A stretch of DNA of 64,000 bases from assembly GCA_000708835.1 (NCBI GenBank), contig DF237028.1:1-64000 (forward strand). The letters run 5' to 3'. This stretch comes from Klebsormidium nitens (lineage: Eukaryota > Plantae > Klebsormidiophyceae). Under the pieces are notes generated by a model. That model was not told the DNA's origin, ran no database searches, and saw only the letters and a list, made by a program, of their open reading frames with translations. Position 1 is the first letter of the stretch; each line of letters starts with the position of its first letter. The position numbers were made by a program, and so were the translations under genes. Positions 37,301 to 51,693 of this stretch are shown in pieces.

Positions 37301-40300
37301 GAGGGCGCGACCGGCACGACGGAGCGGGAGCTCGAGGTGTCTGCCAGCTTCACCTTCCAGCGCGAGGGGCGCGCGGGGGAGGCGGCGCTGCAGCAGTGGC
37401 GCAAAGAGATCCTGCGCAATGAGAAGCGCGACGTGGACCTCATGCAGAGCACCCTGTATGAGGGCATCCAGGAGTGGGCGCGCCAGCACCACTCGGACGA
37501 GCGCGCGGCCGGCAAGAGCAGCAGGGTCACCATCCAGGGGGGGCAAATCGTGCAGGGCAGCCAAAGTAGGCCACACCGCTCCTTGCATGGTCTGGGCACC
37601 CGCAGATGCGCCAGCTAAGCAGTACTAGTAGTTTTGTATGAGCTGTCCTGCCAACATGTCTGTGCACCTTTGTCTCCTTGTGTCTGCCCCTGCTCTGCTG
37701 CCGAACCTCCCCCGTGGCTTCATACTCACGCTGTGTCTCTGCCAGAGAACCCGCCAGTGAGGCTGCTCCCCGTCGCGGGCATCCCCCCCTACACCTTCTG
37801 GACGCTGGCGGTGCGCAACTTCAAGCCTGTGCACGAGGGGGACAAGCTGGGCCTGGTGTATGGCGAGGGGGGGGAGGCCACGCTGCTGCCGGACACAGAG
37901 GAGGGGGAGACGGAGGGGGAGGATGCAGGGGAGGGCGCCCCCCAGCACGTGTTCACAGAGGTGGAGGACCACCAGGTGTGGGCCACCTGCCAGAAGCACG
38001 GGGCGGGCTCAACAGTGCTCAGGACGCTCGCGCGCCTGGTGCTGCACGCCACCGACGAGGAGGACCCCTCCGAGGAAGAGGAGAAGGTGAGATGAGGCAG
38101 GCAGGCAGTGTGACTTAAGCAAACTGTGTTGGGGACGGCAGGAGCGAATGGCATTGGAGAACAGCGCCCCGTGCATAGGGAAGGCCCCCCGAGGTGGATG
38201 CACTTGTTGCCCAACTTGAGGTCTGTGCTTCCAATTCCCAAATGCTCTTCCAGAAGCTGACGTTAGGCGCTTGCTTGCAGCTCATTGCGGCGCGCTACAA
38301 GTGGCTGCTCACCGCTCCCCCGCTGCGCATCAGAGAGTACATTACGTCGTGGAATTTTGGAAAGGCTGATCTGCGTCAGCTTGGGCGGGAGGTGGCTCCT
38401 GAGCCGGCCTCCTCTAGCAGGGGCGCGGGAGCCCGGGACGTGGACACCCGAATGACTGACGCAGGGCCGGCGCTCGAGTGGGAGCCGAGTGACCTCAAGA
38501 CGGGCCTGTCGACCTTTGAGAACATCTTCTGTCGCCGCTGCTATGTAAGTTCGGCGCTCTTGTCTCCTTGCAACGCGCCTCTCCGAGGTGCGTTTCACTG
38601 CATGTCTTCTTGAAAGCCATCGCACACCCATTCCTCGCATTTCCCGCGAATGCTGCCGCAAGCCATCCGTGTGTGCTCCGCTGCTCCCCGTCCTCTCTGA
38701 CTCACCGTCCCATGTGCAGGTGCACGACTGTCATCTGCACGGAGTCAAGGAGAAGGGCGACCCGTGTCTGGATCCGCTGGCCAACCAGCGACCTGCATCA
38801 ACGCCGCCCGCCACAGGCCTGGAGATGATGCAGCCGTGCAGCTCGACCTGCTACTGGAGCAGCCGGGCACCCGGGTGGGACCGACCAGAGGAAGGGCAGG
38901 ACACTGGCGGAGCAGGAGGTGGGGTGCGGCCAGACGGGGTGACGGGGAGCGGGCAGCCATCCGGAGAAGGGGGAACGAATGCGGATGCACAAGGCAAGGC
39001 TACCGAGAGGAGCGAGGAAGTTTATGGAAAGGGAGGAGTGTCGGACAAACAGGGTGCCGGCAGCAGCGGGGATGGGCAGTCCAACACCGGTCAGGGGCAT
39101 GAACGGGGGGAGCGACCAGAGGTGAAGGCTTGTGCTGCGGAGTGTGTTCAGACTTTTTGGGAGGCAGCTGATGCAGATGGTCTGATGCAGCAACGGTGTC
39201 TTTGTGGACAAATCAGCATCGTTGTGGAATCGAACTTTAGCAAGGCACAAAAGACAACTGCTGCGAACAAGCCTGGTTGAATGCCCCAAATCAGTCCAGG
39301 TAGTCAGGCTTGGACGACTTCTCCTTCCCTCTAGTCGAGTGCCAGCGGTGGCAGCCTGCTTCCCGGTGCCCTACCGACAGCCCCGTTCGCTTCTGCATCC
39401 GCAGGCGGCGGCGCCTCTCTCGAATGAAAAGGTGGGGCGGGACGCGGAGGGGTGGAGCCGCTTCCAGGTGGGCCTGTTCGAGCAGGGTGTGCGCATGTAC
39501 GGCTCACACGGCAGCGCCTGCCGCGTTGCACGCCTCCTCCAGCCCGCGCGTACCTGCGCCGAAGTTGCGCACCGCCTGAAGCGGCTCAAGCCCGCTGCGG
39601 CCGTGGCAGAGGCTTCTGCAGCAGCTGCGGACCCGGAGGCACCGGAGAAGAAGGAACAACGGAAAAGGGCGAAACACAACAAGTGAGCATGGGCAGCTGG
39701 TTGCGAGATCTGCGGCCCTGCACAGCGGAGGCGGTGTGCAGATTGCGGGTTGTTCCTTCCGTCCTCCCTTTTGTTTTGAGCCGCATCGTATGCAATAGTT
39801 CCGGATTTTGCTATTCGACCTTTTGTCCTCTATTTTCAGCCGGAGCCCCTTAACCGTCCTTTTCAGCCCTCAAGCGCGGAATGCTGACCCGGCTGCTTTG
39901 TTGGATCAGGCCGTTGATCTGCCTCGCACGTCCATTCTCCTCAAGGATGTATTCGTTCTCTAATGTTATCCAATTACTGCTATCTCGACTTCCTTCTCGT
40001 CGTCTTCTCACTTTTGCCGTCGGCCGCTGCAGCAAGGTGAACGTGCTCCACAAGCTGGCCCGCAAGCGCAACGCGGACAAGCTGCGCCGCGAGGGCGACC
40101 TGCAGGGCCGCCTCAAGCTGGCGGCCTACACGCCGTGCGCCTGCACCGACGGCTGCGACGACGGGCCCGACTCGCAGTGCCCCTGCGCGCGCGCGCTCAC
40201 GCCGTGCGAGAAGTACTGTGCGTGCCCGGGCAACTGCCACCTCAAGGAGGGCCTCGGCTGCAAGTGCACCAGCAAGTGCACGCAGCGCAGCTGCCCCTGC

Positions 40301-41600
40301 CTCGCCGCGGGCCGCGAGTGCGACCCCGACCTCTGCCACGGGTGAGCCCACGCACGGGGCGTTTCAAAACAAGGGATAGGATGCAAATCCGGCAGGGTTC
40401 GGTCGGCTCCGTCTCAGCAGTCGGCAAGCCGTGTTTCAGAAACTTCGGAGTCCGGGCCGTCCATGGCTAAAGTTGCGGCATGTAGGTCACGTGGCTTCTT
40501 GCCATGCTGTCTGGCCGTCCATTTTTACCCCTCCTCGTTTTCCCCCCCTGCTGTTCTGAGTTTTGCCCCCTGTGCTGTTCTCAGGTGCATGGTCAGTTGC
40601 GGCGACCCGTCATCCCCGGCCGCCCACGTTGGCGAGCCGAACCCGCACCGCGCGCACGCGCCCGACTCGCGGCTGGACCAGTGCGGCAACATGCGGCTGC
40701 AGCAGCGGCGGCACAAGAAGATCCTGCTGGGGCCCTCCGAGGTGGCGGGCTGGGGCGCGTTCATCTGCGGCGGCGCGCAGGCGGGCGAGCTGCTGGGCGA
40801 GTACACCGGGGAGCTGGTCACCGACCAGGAGGCGGAGCAGCGCGGCCGCGTGTACGACGCCAACAACAAGAGCTTCCTCTTCCAGCTCAACGACCAGGTG
40901 ACGCACGCCTGCCCGCGCACTCCTTTCGACTTGGTCCCAGGTTGCTGCCATCCCCGATGACGATGCACCTCGCGCAGATCCTAGTGAGACAGCACGAGCG
41001 TTGCTTGGGGTAAAAGTCGCTTTGCTAAATGTGGTACTCTGTGATGCTGTTTGGAAGCGCAAGACTCGGACATTGGTTATTCTGACCTGTGGGTGTCTGC
41101 TTCGTGCAGTTCATTCTGGACGCATGCCATAAGGGAGACAAGCTCAAGTAAGTTTGAACGTCATGCTGAAGCGCTTCTCAAGAAAGAAGCAGAGAAAGGG
41201 AGGACGGAGTGTCTGGATCACGTTAAGATCTGTTGTCGTTTGCTGCACAGGATTCGAAGGCAGTTCCGATGAGAGCAACCGCTTCCAGCCAGCATGTCTT
41301 CCAACTGTCGTGCTCCCGGAAGGTCTTCTCTGGTGAACAAGGTTACGTTGTACGTGCTGCAGGTTCGCGAACCACAGCCCCGCGCCCAACTGCCGGCCCA
41401 AGGTGGTGTCGGTGCTGGGGGACCACCGTGTGGCGATCCACGTGGAGCGCAACATGGAGTCGGGCGAGGAGATCTTCTACGACTACAACTACACCGAGAA
41501 TCAGGCGCCTGACTGGGCGCTCACGGAGGCGGACAAGAAGCGTCGCGAGCGGGAGATGCAACCGATACGGAAGGCCACCAAGAAGGGGACCAAGAAGTGA
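37301..41600 (+). CDS. E(z): PRC2 histone H3K27 methyltransferase, Enhancer of zeste family (multi-exon; 5' exons upstream of 37301 uncertain)
   Basis: IPPYTFW, FENIFCRRCY|VHDCHLHG, SANT-like block ending ARTCAEV, CXC domain (YTPCAC...CEKYCAC...CPCLAAGRECDPDLC), and SET domain (GWGAFI, EYTGE, SFLFQLND, FILDACHKGDKLK|FANHS, GDHRVAI, EEIFYDY). Confidence 0.95.
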
Positions 41601-42767
41601 CGCGGGGTAGCGTCCATTTGCTGCGATCTATGGTATGCTGTCAACCAAGAGGTGCTCGTGGAATTAATTGTACGTCTGATGATACACAAGAACACGACAT
41701 TGATCAAATATCTTGGCGAAGAGGTAACTTAGGAAGCTTGCAAGCTCGCACAGGACCATTTTTAACATATTGAAGCCGGTTAAGCAGCGTCCGGTGACGT
41801 AAAAGTATTCAGCTCACCTGCCCATAAAGGAGCCTACGCGTTCGTGATGGTTCATGCCCATCTTGTCAACTTACAAAGCCAACGTGTTCCACAGTACTCG
41901 CTTCGGCCAATGATTGCGCTCCGATATAGAGCTAAGGTAGCTCCCTTTGTTCCAGTTCAAAAATACTTGCATGATCATTATAATTACAAGGTAACGATAT
42001 ATAAGGGAAACAATGAAACGCCATATGCAGGGCCGTCACTGAAGCTGGTATATTCATGTGCACCGAAGGACCAGATTGTTCCGGCAATTCTCCACATACC
42101 GTATGTGTTGCAAATTGCATGTACCATGTCAGAGCTGTCGATCAATCTATAGTCGAATCGTTTAACTCGATATACAAGTGCGCGGCACGCTGGTGCCCAC
42201 TGCCATCATATACTAATTTATGTAGGATATGGTTCGGGGCCGCGCGTGCTCATATATTTGTCATGATATCCCGGCAACGGATACGTACTGATACGCAATT
42301 ACGCTGCCAGCCAACATATAGCGGACAATCATACCCAATGATAAACTGGGTTTGACGGCGCTCTCTTTGTATGTCGCAGATCGATTGAACAAGTCCATAT
42401 CGTTGTCGCCATGATCTAAAACCTTGGCTTAAGGTGTTGTAGTCAACTAGATGCATGCACGCTTATCATTGCTGGACTCATCAGGCCGTAGCAGGCTCAA
42501 TTCAGTCGACGAATAACTAAAGACGGTGACTTAAGACGGCCGCTGACAGATTGCTTTGACAGATATCAGCTAGACTCAAAACTGCGAAGGCTGTATGGGG
42601 GCCCGCAAAGCACAGCGGACGAGTCCACCGCCTTCCGCATCAACTTCCAGTTGCAAATCAGATGCGATAACTGCAAGGTTTCCTGATGTCCGCAATAATG
42701 GAGAACTCATTTGTTGGCATTCTTGGCTCGAGCACTAGGCGACCTCTACGGCAACAATTGAAACACC

Positions 42768-45700
42768 TTACACCTCCAGAAAGTCCTCTATTCGAATCTC
42801 TAGAGCCGAGCATGGGGTCTGGATGTCGAAGTGTTCCAGTACCTGCATACGGTTTGTAGCGACCATCTGTCAGCAGACACTAAGGTACGTACAACAAACC
42901 TGCCAACCAATCACGCTTGAGATGCAACAAGGAGCGAAAAGGTACACGAGGAGGAAGCCCTATTCCTTTGGGGTCACTTCTTCTCCATAGTCTATAGGAA
43001 TAGAGCGCCTTGACCTACCAAGCACTGAAGGGCTATCATCGAGGCCTCGATAAGACGATCGGCTGACCAATCCGCTTCGAGCGGCCTGTTGGCGGGCACG
43101 CTCCTCAGCACCAAAGCCCTGCCACGTGGCTGCTCTCACCTCTGGATGGATGATCCCGAAGGTGCCTATGTGCTTTTTCCGGTAGAACACGTCCGCCTGG
43201 CGCCCTGGGAAGAAGGTGGGCGCGCTCGACGGCCGGATGACGTAGTCCCCCGTCTGCGCTGCGGCCGCGAGGTCCACCCCGACCATCTCCAGCACGCGGT
43301 CCACCAGCCCGTGGATCACCTGTCGCCCAACCAAAAACCGACACGTCAGCATGGGCGCGGTCTGCCTCCCGGCCCCGCAGGCACTGAGTATGTCGGCTTT
43401 CAAATCGACACGTCAAACCTCTCCAAGATTAAGAGCCTGAGTAGCAGCGCAACCCACTTCGAGGGTGACTAGGCAGGGGCGTTTGATTTGTCCGCAAGTC
43501 AAGACCTGTGGCGCTTGTTCTCGGGAGGCGCCACAATGGTGCGGTTGTGGGGGGGCGGACGGCTCACTTCGAAGCCGGAGGTGAGGTTGGAGTGGAGGGC
43601 CACCAGTCGCCGCTCATTGCGCGCGCCCACCTCGTGCTGATCGTCCAACAACACGACGTCCGAGATCTCAAACAACTGCAAGAAACAGAGGAGATAACCC
43701 TTAACGCAAAGATCAGAGGCGCTCGGCCACCTGCCGAACGGACACGTAGGCATTGTATGCATCAGGAATGGCCAGCCGCGCGGCCTCTCGTCTAAGCGAC
43801 AGCGCACCTTGAAAAGAGGGGTGTGCACATCACTCATGACCGAAAGCGCGGCCTTTTGTCATCGATTCAGCGTACCTTGATGGGGAGAGGCGCGTCTTTG
43901 TTGCTGCCGACCGTCTTGAGCAGGCTGGGCAGCAGGCTGCTTCGTGCGAGCTGCGGAGAAGCGGGGAGCGGACGTCAGTGGCCAGGCTCGAGCAAACTCA
44001 AGAGCAAATTCCTAGGAAGCAAACGATAAGTGAACCATTGGCGCCAGCTCTGCCGCACCATCAACTTCGTTTCACCATCTTGCGTTTAGATTCGTCGAAC
44101 AGAATAGCCCGATGCTGTGGACATTGGCCCAACCAAAAAATCAGTGACTGTTATCCTGGTCATTTTCGTAGGCCATAACGTGCTCCAACCTACACCTTGG
44201 AAGCGTGCCTGGCTCCATTCTCGATACTGCCACCAGACCTCTCTTGACTCGTTATGCTCCGCCGAAATACTTGCCTTCCCGTGCAAAAAACCGTCTTTTA
44301 AGGCAGAGCGCTCACCTCGAAGTCTGCTGAGCGCGGGTTGCCAACGATGACTGCGGTCTTCCCGTCGTCGCGCAGGTTCATGGCCGCAAAGTTTTCTTCG
44401 TGGCTGTGCAGCACCCACGTCAGCACCTCCGTGAAGCCCGCCAGCGCCACCTGCACGCCGCCCAGCCCGCACGTGTCAGCCCAGAGCACGGGCCGCGAAC
44501 CGCTCTTCTTTTCTAAGGCGCCCTCTGCTGCTCCAACTGACAACACCCCTAATTGCTTCAATGATCGCCGGTGACAATTTACCCTGTGACACACGCAAAT
44601 TGAGCTAAGCCGACAGCAGCAGCTTATCTGAATATAGTCCCCAAGCAAGAGCATATCCGTCGCATACCAATCCAACGTGCCTCAAGAATGCAGACTCTAG
44701 AAGGACGATGCCGTCGGCGACCGTACCTCGAGCCGCAGCAGGTCGCTGAAGGCGTTGAGCGGCTGTTCCCGCCCCACCGTCGAGGCAGTCGGCCGCGTTT
44801 TGGGGATGTTGTTAAAGCCGTGAGCGATGGCAACGTCCTGCACGCGCGCGCACCCACGTCAGCGGCACAGAAAAGGCGCAGACTACAGACCGAGGGATGA
44901 ACGCAATGACAAAAGATTCGCACGGCAAAGGCTTTCTCATCGAAGGCATGAAGTCCAAGACGGGCCACAGAATAGGTGGACATGGGTGGGCAGAAGGGGT
45001 TGTGAACTAAGTTGCACACGTTTTCAAAGGCTGTGCCACTTGAGGAGACACACAAGGATTGCTGATGTATGCGTTCAAGCATCAGGCTCCATGCTGGACG
45101 CTTCCATCTTCGCTACGGCCCGCCCCAACTGTCTTCACTTCCACTCTGTGAGTGAGGCCGAGTCCCGTGGGCGGGTGCTCACCTCCGCCACGTCGACGGG
45201 GTGCAGGATGTCGCTCCTCTGGGGGGGCACGTGCACGCGGAGCTTCCCCTCGGGCAGCACGTCCGTCTTGAGCTGCATGCGGTTCAGCAACGTGCCCACC
45301 TGCACAATTGCCCCACCCGCAGTCAGCGGCCATGCTCAGGCTCCATCCCTGGAAATACTTTCAATCAAGCCCTCTATCGACTACTACAGCTTAATGAGGC
45401 GGCGTGTGACCCGCAACGCCCTGGCAATCGAGTAGGGCGTGCCAGTATTTGGATCACAAAACGCGGTCTCACGTGGTCATTTTCTCCGGGACCAAGAGGA
45501 GGAGTTGGTACAAAGAGACTGCCGTGTCGCCACGTGATTGGACGCCTCTTCAAAGCCACCATGCTGTTGATGTTGCACAGTGCTTTCCGAGAGTGGACCA
45601 GACAAGAAATATCTCGATTGTCCCCGTTTCGGAAAACTTCGTATGGCGCTGCTTCACCTGGTTCGGTTGCAGGTCGAGGCCGATGTATTTGTTGACGTAG

Positions 45701-48700
45701 TTCGTGTCGGTGGCCACCACGTACTCTGCCAGGTCCGGGTACAGCCGCACGCTCCCGCTCGCGTCCTGCACCTCCACCGGCTCCACCGCAAACTTGTCCG
45801 CACACAGCTCCGAGAACATGGTTACCTGCAATCAATGCAAGCGCACCTCAGGCAAACGCCAAGTCTGCACCATCGAGCGGGGAAAGATAAAACATGGAGC
45901 CGAAGCGACTGAGTGCAGAACGGGCGTTGGGCGTTGAGGCTTAGTGAAGGAGCGACGCTGCGTCACTGGGGTGACCGAGGAATGAAGGGTTTTTACTCAA
46001 AAAGAGTAAGAAGCTTGGCTACGCAGAAAGTTGGTCGAAGAAGGCCTATCTTGAGATTTCCACCATGATGACAATATGCTAAACAGACTGACAAACCAGG
46101 GTCAACGTGAATACAACTGATCTGTTGACCAGGTTTAACAGAATTGCTTATTCTCCTTCGCATTGTTATCGCGGTTGTTCGACAAAAATCATTTCTACAG
46201 ATTCGAGATGCCTGGCATGGTGTTGAGCCGTGACTGACCATGGTGTTGAGCACGATCTTGGCCTTGGTGAGGTCAGTGGCGGTGCACTCAATGAACACGT
46301 TCTTGGTACGCGTGCTGATGGCGGAGTGCGCGCCGTTGATGATGGGGGGCAGCGAGAGCACCGTCCTACACAGCAACCAAAGAAGCTGTTCAACGACTTC
46401 TCAGCACCATCAGCATCAGGCGGTCCGTAGGCACGCTTCCCAAAGCAGCAAGAAACGTGTGGTCTAACGGGGGCAGCCTCCGACGCCTGACATGAGCCCA
46501 TGAATACCCCTGCATTCGAACATGCGGACTCTAGTTTCGTCGGCGGGGTCATCGGGCTCTTGGAAAGACGGCGTCGCCGACCTCACGAACCAATTCAATG
46601 GCACCAGAGAAGCTTTGGCCGAGGAAAGCTCTGTACTACGCGACAGAAGCGTGCCCACTGACTGGAAGGCGGAGGCCGTCATGACTAACAAACAGTAAGG
46701 ACCTCGGACCAGAAGCACTGTCCTTTCCCGCTTCAAAAGGCTTACGCGAGTATAAGGATGCCAAGCCGGGCGCGCACCTGTTGCTGTCGTAGATGACGGG
46801 GAACACGACCGAATCGCTGATGATGTGCAAGAACTTTTTGAGCTTGTTGTCGCTCTGCAGCAACACCGAACGACTCGTAAGCGCACTGTCAACCATGCCT
46901 TCTCGCTGTGCTGACGCTATGCTCTCAAAAGCATGCGACTAGAACATGTCCAAAATTGCGGGAACCTAGCGAATGCACAGCGCACCCTGTTGACGAAGTA
47001 TGGAAGGATGACAGACAAGAAGAGGAGCGAACTGTTGGGGGCCGAAGAGGCTCGAACGGTCAAGATCTATTCATGCATCGACTGGAGCAGAGGAACGGCT
47101 TTTGCATCCTTTGGAGGCGCAAGCCAGCAACCATTCTTTGAGCTACTTGTTCTTGCTGAACCGAAGAATCACTGTAGTCACACGAGTGGGACCGAACGAT
47201 GCATCCCCAATTTTGAAGTTCGAAGCGGCCCAATGGCGACGAGAAATGGCCCGAACCGAATGCTTGAAGCAATAATCTTCTTGCCAGGGTCGAAGCTTTT
47301 TACGAGACTCAAGCTCACCTGGTAGAAGGTCATCAACTCGGCTGCCGTAAACTCTTTCTTCTGCAAGGCCCGACCAAACAAGGTTTCAGAGCCCGCATTG
47401 GGAGACGGTGCTTGACATGCGCTGCACACTGTTACATCAGCAACGGGAAGAACCTTGTCTCGCCGCACGGTCTGATGTGCATACTGCAAACCAGGAAGCA
47501 AACGCAGACTCAATTCGAAAGGGTCCCTGTTGCCGTCACCTGTTTGAGGGGTACGAACTTGATGTCCGCTGGAGGAAGAGCCTGCACACAAAAGCCACGG
47601 CACCAAGTGAGAAACATAGGACTCACAGTGCGGGCAGACTAGGAGCAGACGGCGAACAAGTAAGGCAGTCTTTGCGTTTGCGCGTAAGCTGCAACCAGCA
47701 ACCTCGGGGAACAAGCGTACACGAATCACAGCGCTCCCTGCTTTTCTGGGTGGCGAAACGACATGTAGCCTGCTTCCTTCTTGAATGGGACACCATGGTT
47801 GGGCAGAACCGGAGTCGTGAGTTGGCTGCGATCAGCGCAAAAGGTGCCCTACCTCATACGTAAAGGGCCCTTGCAAGGTGTCCAGATCATGTGTGCCAAT
47901 GGCGACAAGGGAGCGCCGCCTGGACCGCAAATAAGTGGTGGCCCGTTCAGTGAGAGTCGCACACGAAACAACGACGGACATATCCCCCAAGGGAGAGAAG
48001 CCGAGATACTCGCAAGGCGTGTCAATCCCCAAGCCGCACCTGTTTTGCGCAACCTTGTCAACGAGAGTGGTCTCCGGCAAGTACGAGCTTGTTAACGTTG
48101 ACGGAACGAATTGGTTATCTTTGAGTGGGTCGGAATCCTGCAAAAGTTACTGCTTCCCAATTGCGTGCTCACCGGCAGATGTTTTGGTGCAGCTTGTCCT
48201 GTAGGTCGATGAAGCTGGCGTACTGGGCATCGTCGAAGCTGACGCCACGCAGAATGGCGGCAACCACAAACGGCCGGATCAGGGCAGTCTGCAGAGATTA
48301 GCAACAGAATCCTCACAGGGTCGTTACACTTGGACCAGCTGCGATCGAAAAACATCTAGAGACCCATCAGCCGCAGGTCCGGCTGACCTCAGGCTGTAGA
48401 AAATCTTGATCGGGTTGCACGGAACCTGATGCCCCTCAAGTCGGGCACATTACAATCCGGCTCAACATTTGCCGGACCCCGACCCATTTTGGCACTTCCG
48501 GCAGCTGGCGAATGCGGGCAGTGTCATTTAACAGGGCATGTGCCCGAGCCTGATTGGGCTCAAGTTGTTTCGGTTGGACCCTGTCAACGCTTCAGTGTCA
48601 CAACCCTGTCGGGCGATGCAACAATTCCTCTCAGAAAAAAGATAAGGCTCCCATGGTATGCATAAACAGCCTCATTTTTGGTATGCAGGATTTCTCGAAC

Positions 48701-49996
48701 TCTCCCCCATGTGCACTCTGTGGAACAGACCTCCCCTTATTGACCGTATATGATAGCCCCCTCCAGGTTTGTCAAACAACGACCATAGCTAAGAGTGGTG
48801 CGTACCTCTGGGTGGACCACCAGTCTCTGGCGCCGGCCAGCACCTGGGTCAGCCAACCGGAAGACGGGCACCGGCTCCTCCCCCAGGAAGACGCGCAGCG
48901 CTCGGGAGAGGCCCTCTAAGCACAGGAGATCGTACCTGCCAGTAACAGCGAGCAGTGAGACTAACTTATTCAAGTAGGAGAGTGCTCGAAGACAAATGAG
49001 CGCTACAGACTGAGGAATCAAACAAACAGACTACTTTGACCAACCAGCTACTTGTAGACCATCTCTGCACTAGCCTGAACTGCTCGATCAGGGATTCTGT
49101 ACGATGGGTGACAGCAGATCTTCCAGACAGCTGGTGGCACCTTACTAAGTCCCAGGGAAGCTTTTAGACACCCTAAAACTCTTCAGCTGATCTCGCAGAG
49201 CAGGGGCTCAACGGGGCACCCAAACGGAGCTGAGAATAGTTTGTGCCACCACTCCAATCAAAAGTAGAACGTGGTGGTAAGCCATCAGCTACCCATCTGA
49301 CAGGTCCTTGTTGCTGACCACGATGCGAGTTCCCAATGACCTGCCGCCATACCTGTTTGCTGGTACATCAATCTTGTAGAGCACCTCATCGCTTACGTCC
49401 ATCAACTGACTGTCTTCGAGCTTTTTCTCCTTCCGAAGGATGTCCTTCTCGGAGGTCTGCAATGCAGATGCGAAGGTGTCTGATGTTCATTTGATGTGAT
49501 ATGGAGACTTTCAAAAAAGCGCAAAAGATTTCTCTGTGTCTTCTGCAGTGAAGGCTGCAAGACTGGGGATTGATAACTTACCACATCATCAAGTTCGATT
49601 CCGAACTCAAAACACAACTCGTCGAACTCCTTCTCCGCTGCATCACGTAGAAGATAAGGTCAGCCTGAAAGTCACAGATGCACGATAAGATCCTGCCGTG
49701 CCCCCCTCAGATTCCCCACACCACCAATCTAGGAAATTGTTCGGAACAAACCTTGTCCCCCAACCACCAACCTGATGAGGGGGGCCAACCTGAAAGCTCA
49801 AACGAAGTCTGCTAAGCATTACCAAATACCACCTTTGCATCAGGGAAGCACAACGCACAAAATTGAAGCTTTAAAGTATGGCGAGGCAGACAGAAGACAA
49901 GTATATTTTGCTTGAAAATTCAATTGGTGGCAGCTTACAATAGTTGTGGCCCAATGCTGCATTGAGTTTGTCTCTTCCAACGCTGACCGTCGGCAT
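42768..49996 (-). CDS. FARSB: Cytosolic phenylalanyl-tRNA synthetase beta subunit (multi-exon)
   Basis: MPTVSVGRD..., [117 protein letters not shown]; ends IEDFLEV*. Confidence 0.97.
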
Positions 49997-50554
49997 TTTG
50001 CTTGAAGGGCTTCCTGAACAACTACTTTCTCTGCCAATGCTGCATTTAGTGGGAGGGTGGTGGGCCTAGGCGTTTACTGTTCCGCTGCTTCAGCGCTGCT
50101 TCTGTCCAAGTCTCAGCAAATAGACTTCAGCATTCAGCCTCAGGTTCATCTTGTGTTCAAGTCGACCATCTTGCCTTTATTAACTTTCGTTAAACCCTGC
50201 TGGGTTTTCAGCAAACCCACCAGGTTAAGTACCACTTGACTATAGACCTGTGGTTGAGCTAAGCCTACAGTGCTGCACTCGGTAGATTGCCAGAGAGGAG
50301 CTTTTGGAAGCGCTTCCAGTTCTGTAGGCTCTCAAACCTGTTGAACAACGGACTGCATTGCGGAAGCAGACTTCTGCATTCAGAGTCCGTTTTGGATCTC
50401 CCAAAGGGAAGGCGCAACGAGTAGCAATCATAGAAGCGGATGAGAGAGCAGGAAGCAATGGTGCTGGGCTGAGGAGACGGGCAATAGAGCAGGTTGTCTT
50501 CGCTACCTGTTTGCCAGCCAGCGCCGCGGTGGTCACTTCAACCAGCTCTCAGCA

Positions 50555-51693
50555 ATGGCTGCCCTGCGTGCCCTTGCGAGCGGGGCAGGTTCCGCTTCAT
50601 TCGATGAGGCTCGGGTCAAGAGCGTAGAGTTTTTCAGGGTCGTCTGTCGGTCACTGCCAAACTTGGTGGAGCTCTATAACCTGCACGATGTCACGACAGT
50701 TGCGGAGCTAAGAAGCAGGGCTGCACAGTTATTCCGGAGGCACGCTGGCGTCACGAATGCAAAGGTATGAATTGGTATGCAGCAGAATGTTGATCTTAAC
50801 CTTGACCTTCACCGTGTGAGCTGATCAGATTGACGGGAGGTGCTGTCTACAATCCATTCCAAGGTTGCGAGAAAAGCAGGAGATGGGCCACCACTTGCTG
50901 CCCATTGTCAATATGTTTGCTGATTGAGACTACCAAGTGCGAAAATCATTGGTGGAACCCTCATTGCAGTTTTGCAAAACTCAGGCCAGGGTGAAGAGTG
51001 GCTGCTGATATATTGGCTCCTTTTCCCCTAGTCCTAAATGTCTCGTTCATTTGCACCAGCCAAAGGTAGCAAGTAAATATCACAAGTGACTGCGTAAGGT
51101 TGTGATCATCTGGACTGCTCTCAGTCGCTTCGTGCAGCAGATCTTCCGTTAAGCGCGGCTGAAATTATTCTCTCTTAACAGAAGATGCAAAGCATGCGCC
51201 ATGCTATTGTTCTGCAGTGCTTGTGACAGTGCTTACAGTAAGCAAATGAACAGCAACGGGGTTGCTTTTGCAGGTGGTTGACATGCTATTGTATAAAGGG
51301 CAAGAGGAGCTGACCAACTTGGAGACCATGTCAAAGCAACGGCATCACATTCTTTCACGTAAGTTCTCCTCACTGCAATGTTGGGGCATCAAATATTCCA
51401 TGGTCCCCCATCTGATGATCAGGAGCAGATGACGCCAGTTGCCGTTGCTGATCTGTAAAGCTTGCACAACATGCACGGCAAGGACAGTATTACACCTCAG
51501 GTCTTTCATTGAGGGGCATGAGTCTGTTCCAAAGTCGCTTTGCAGTGCAAGTTATTTATTGTGGCATCGTTCTGAATTCACTGCAGAGTACATTGTTGGG
51601 CCAAATTTGTCCATCCAAGCGAATCAAGTTGGGATCAGAAAGAAGGAAGGGGAGACGGAGTTCCTTCAGAGGTTTTATCTCACCAACTTATGA
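50555..51693 (+). CDS. NDUFA6: NADH dehydrogenase (complex I) subunit B14, LYR family (3 exons)
   Basis: MAALRALASG...EARVKSVEFFRVVCRSLPNLVELYNL...|VVDMLLYKGQEEL...KQRHHILS|..YIVG...FLQRFYLTNL*. Confidence 0.9.

Noticed and set aside
51412-51456. C/D box snoRNA candidate (TGATGA...CTGA) in an NDUFA6 intron
   Set aside because: The boxes are too close together and there is no terminal stem or recognisable rRNA guide.
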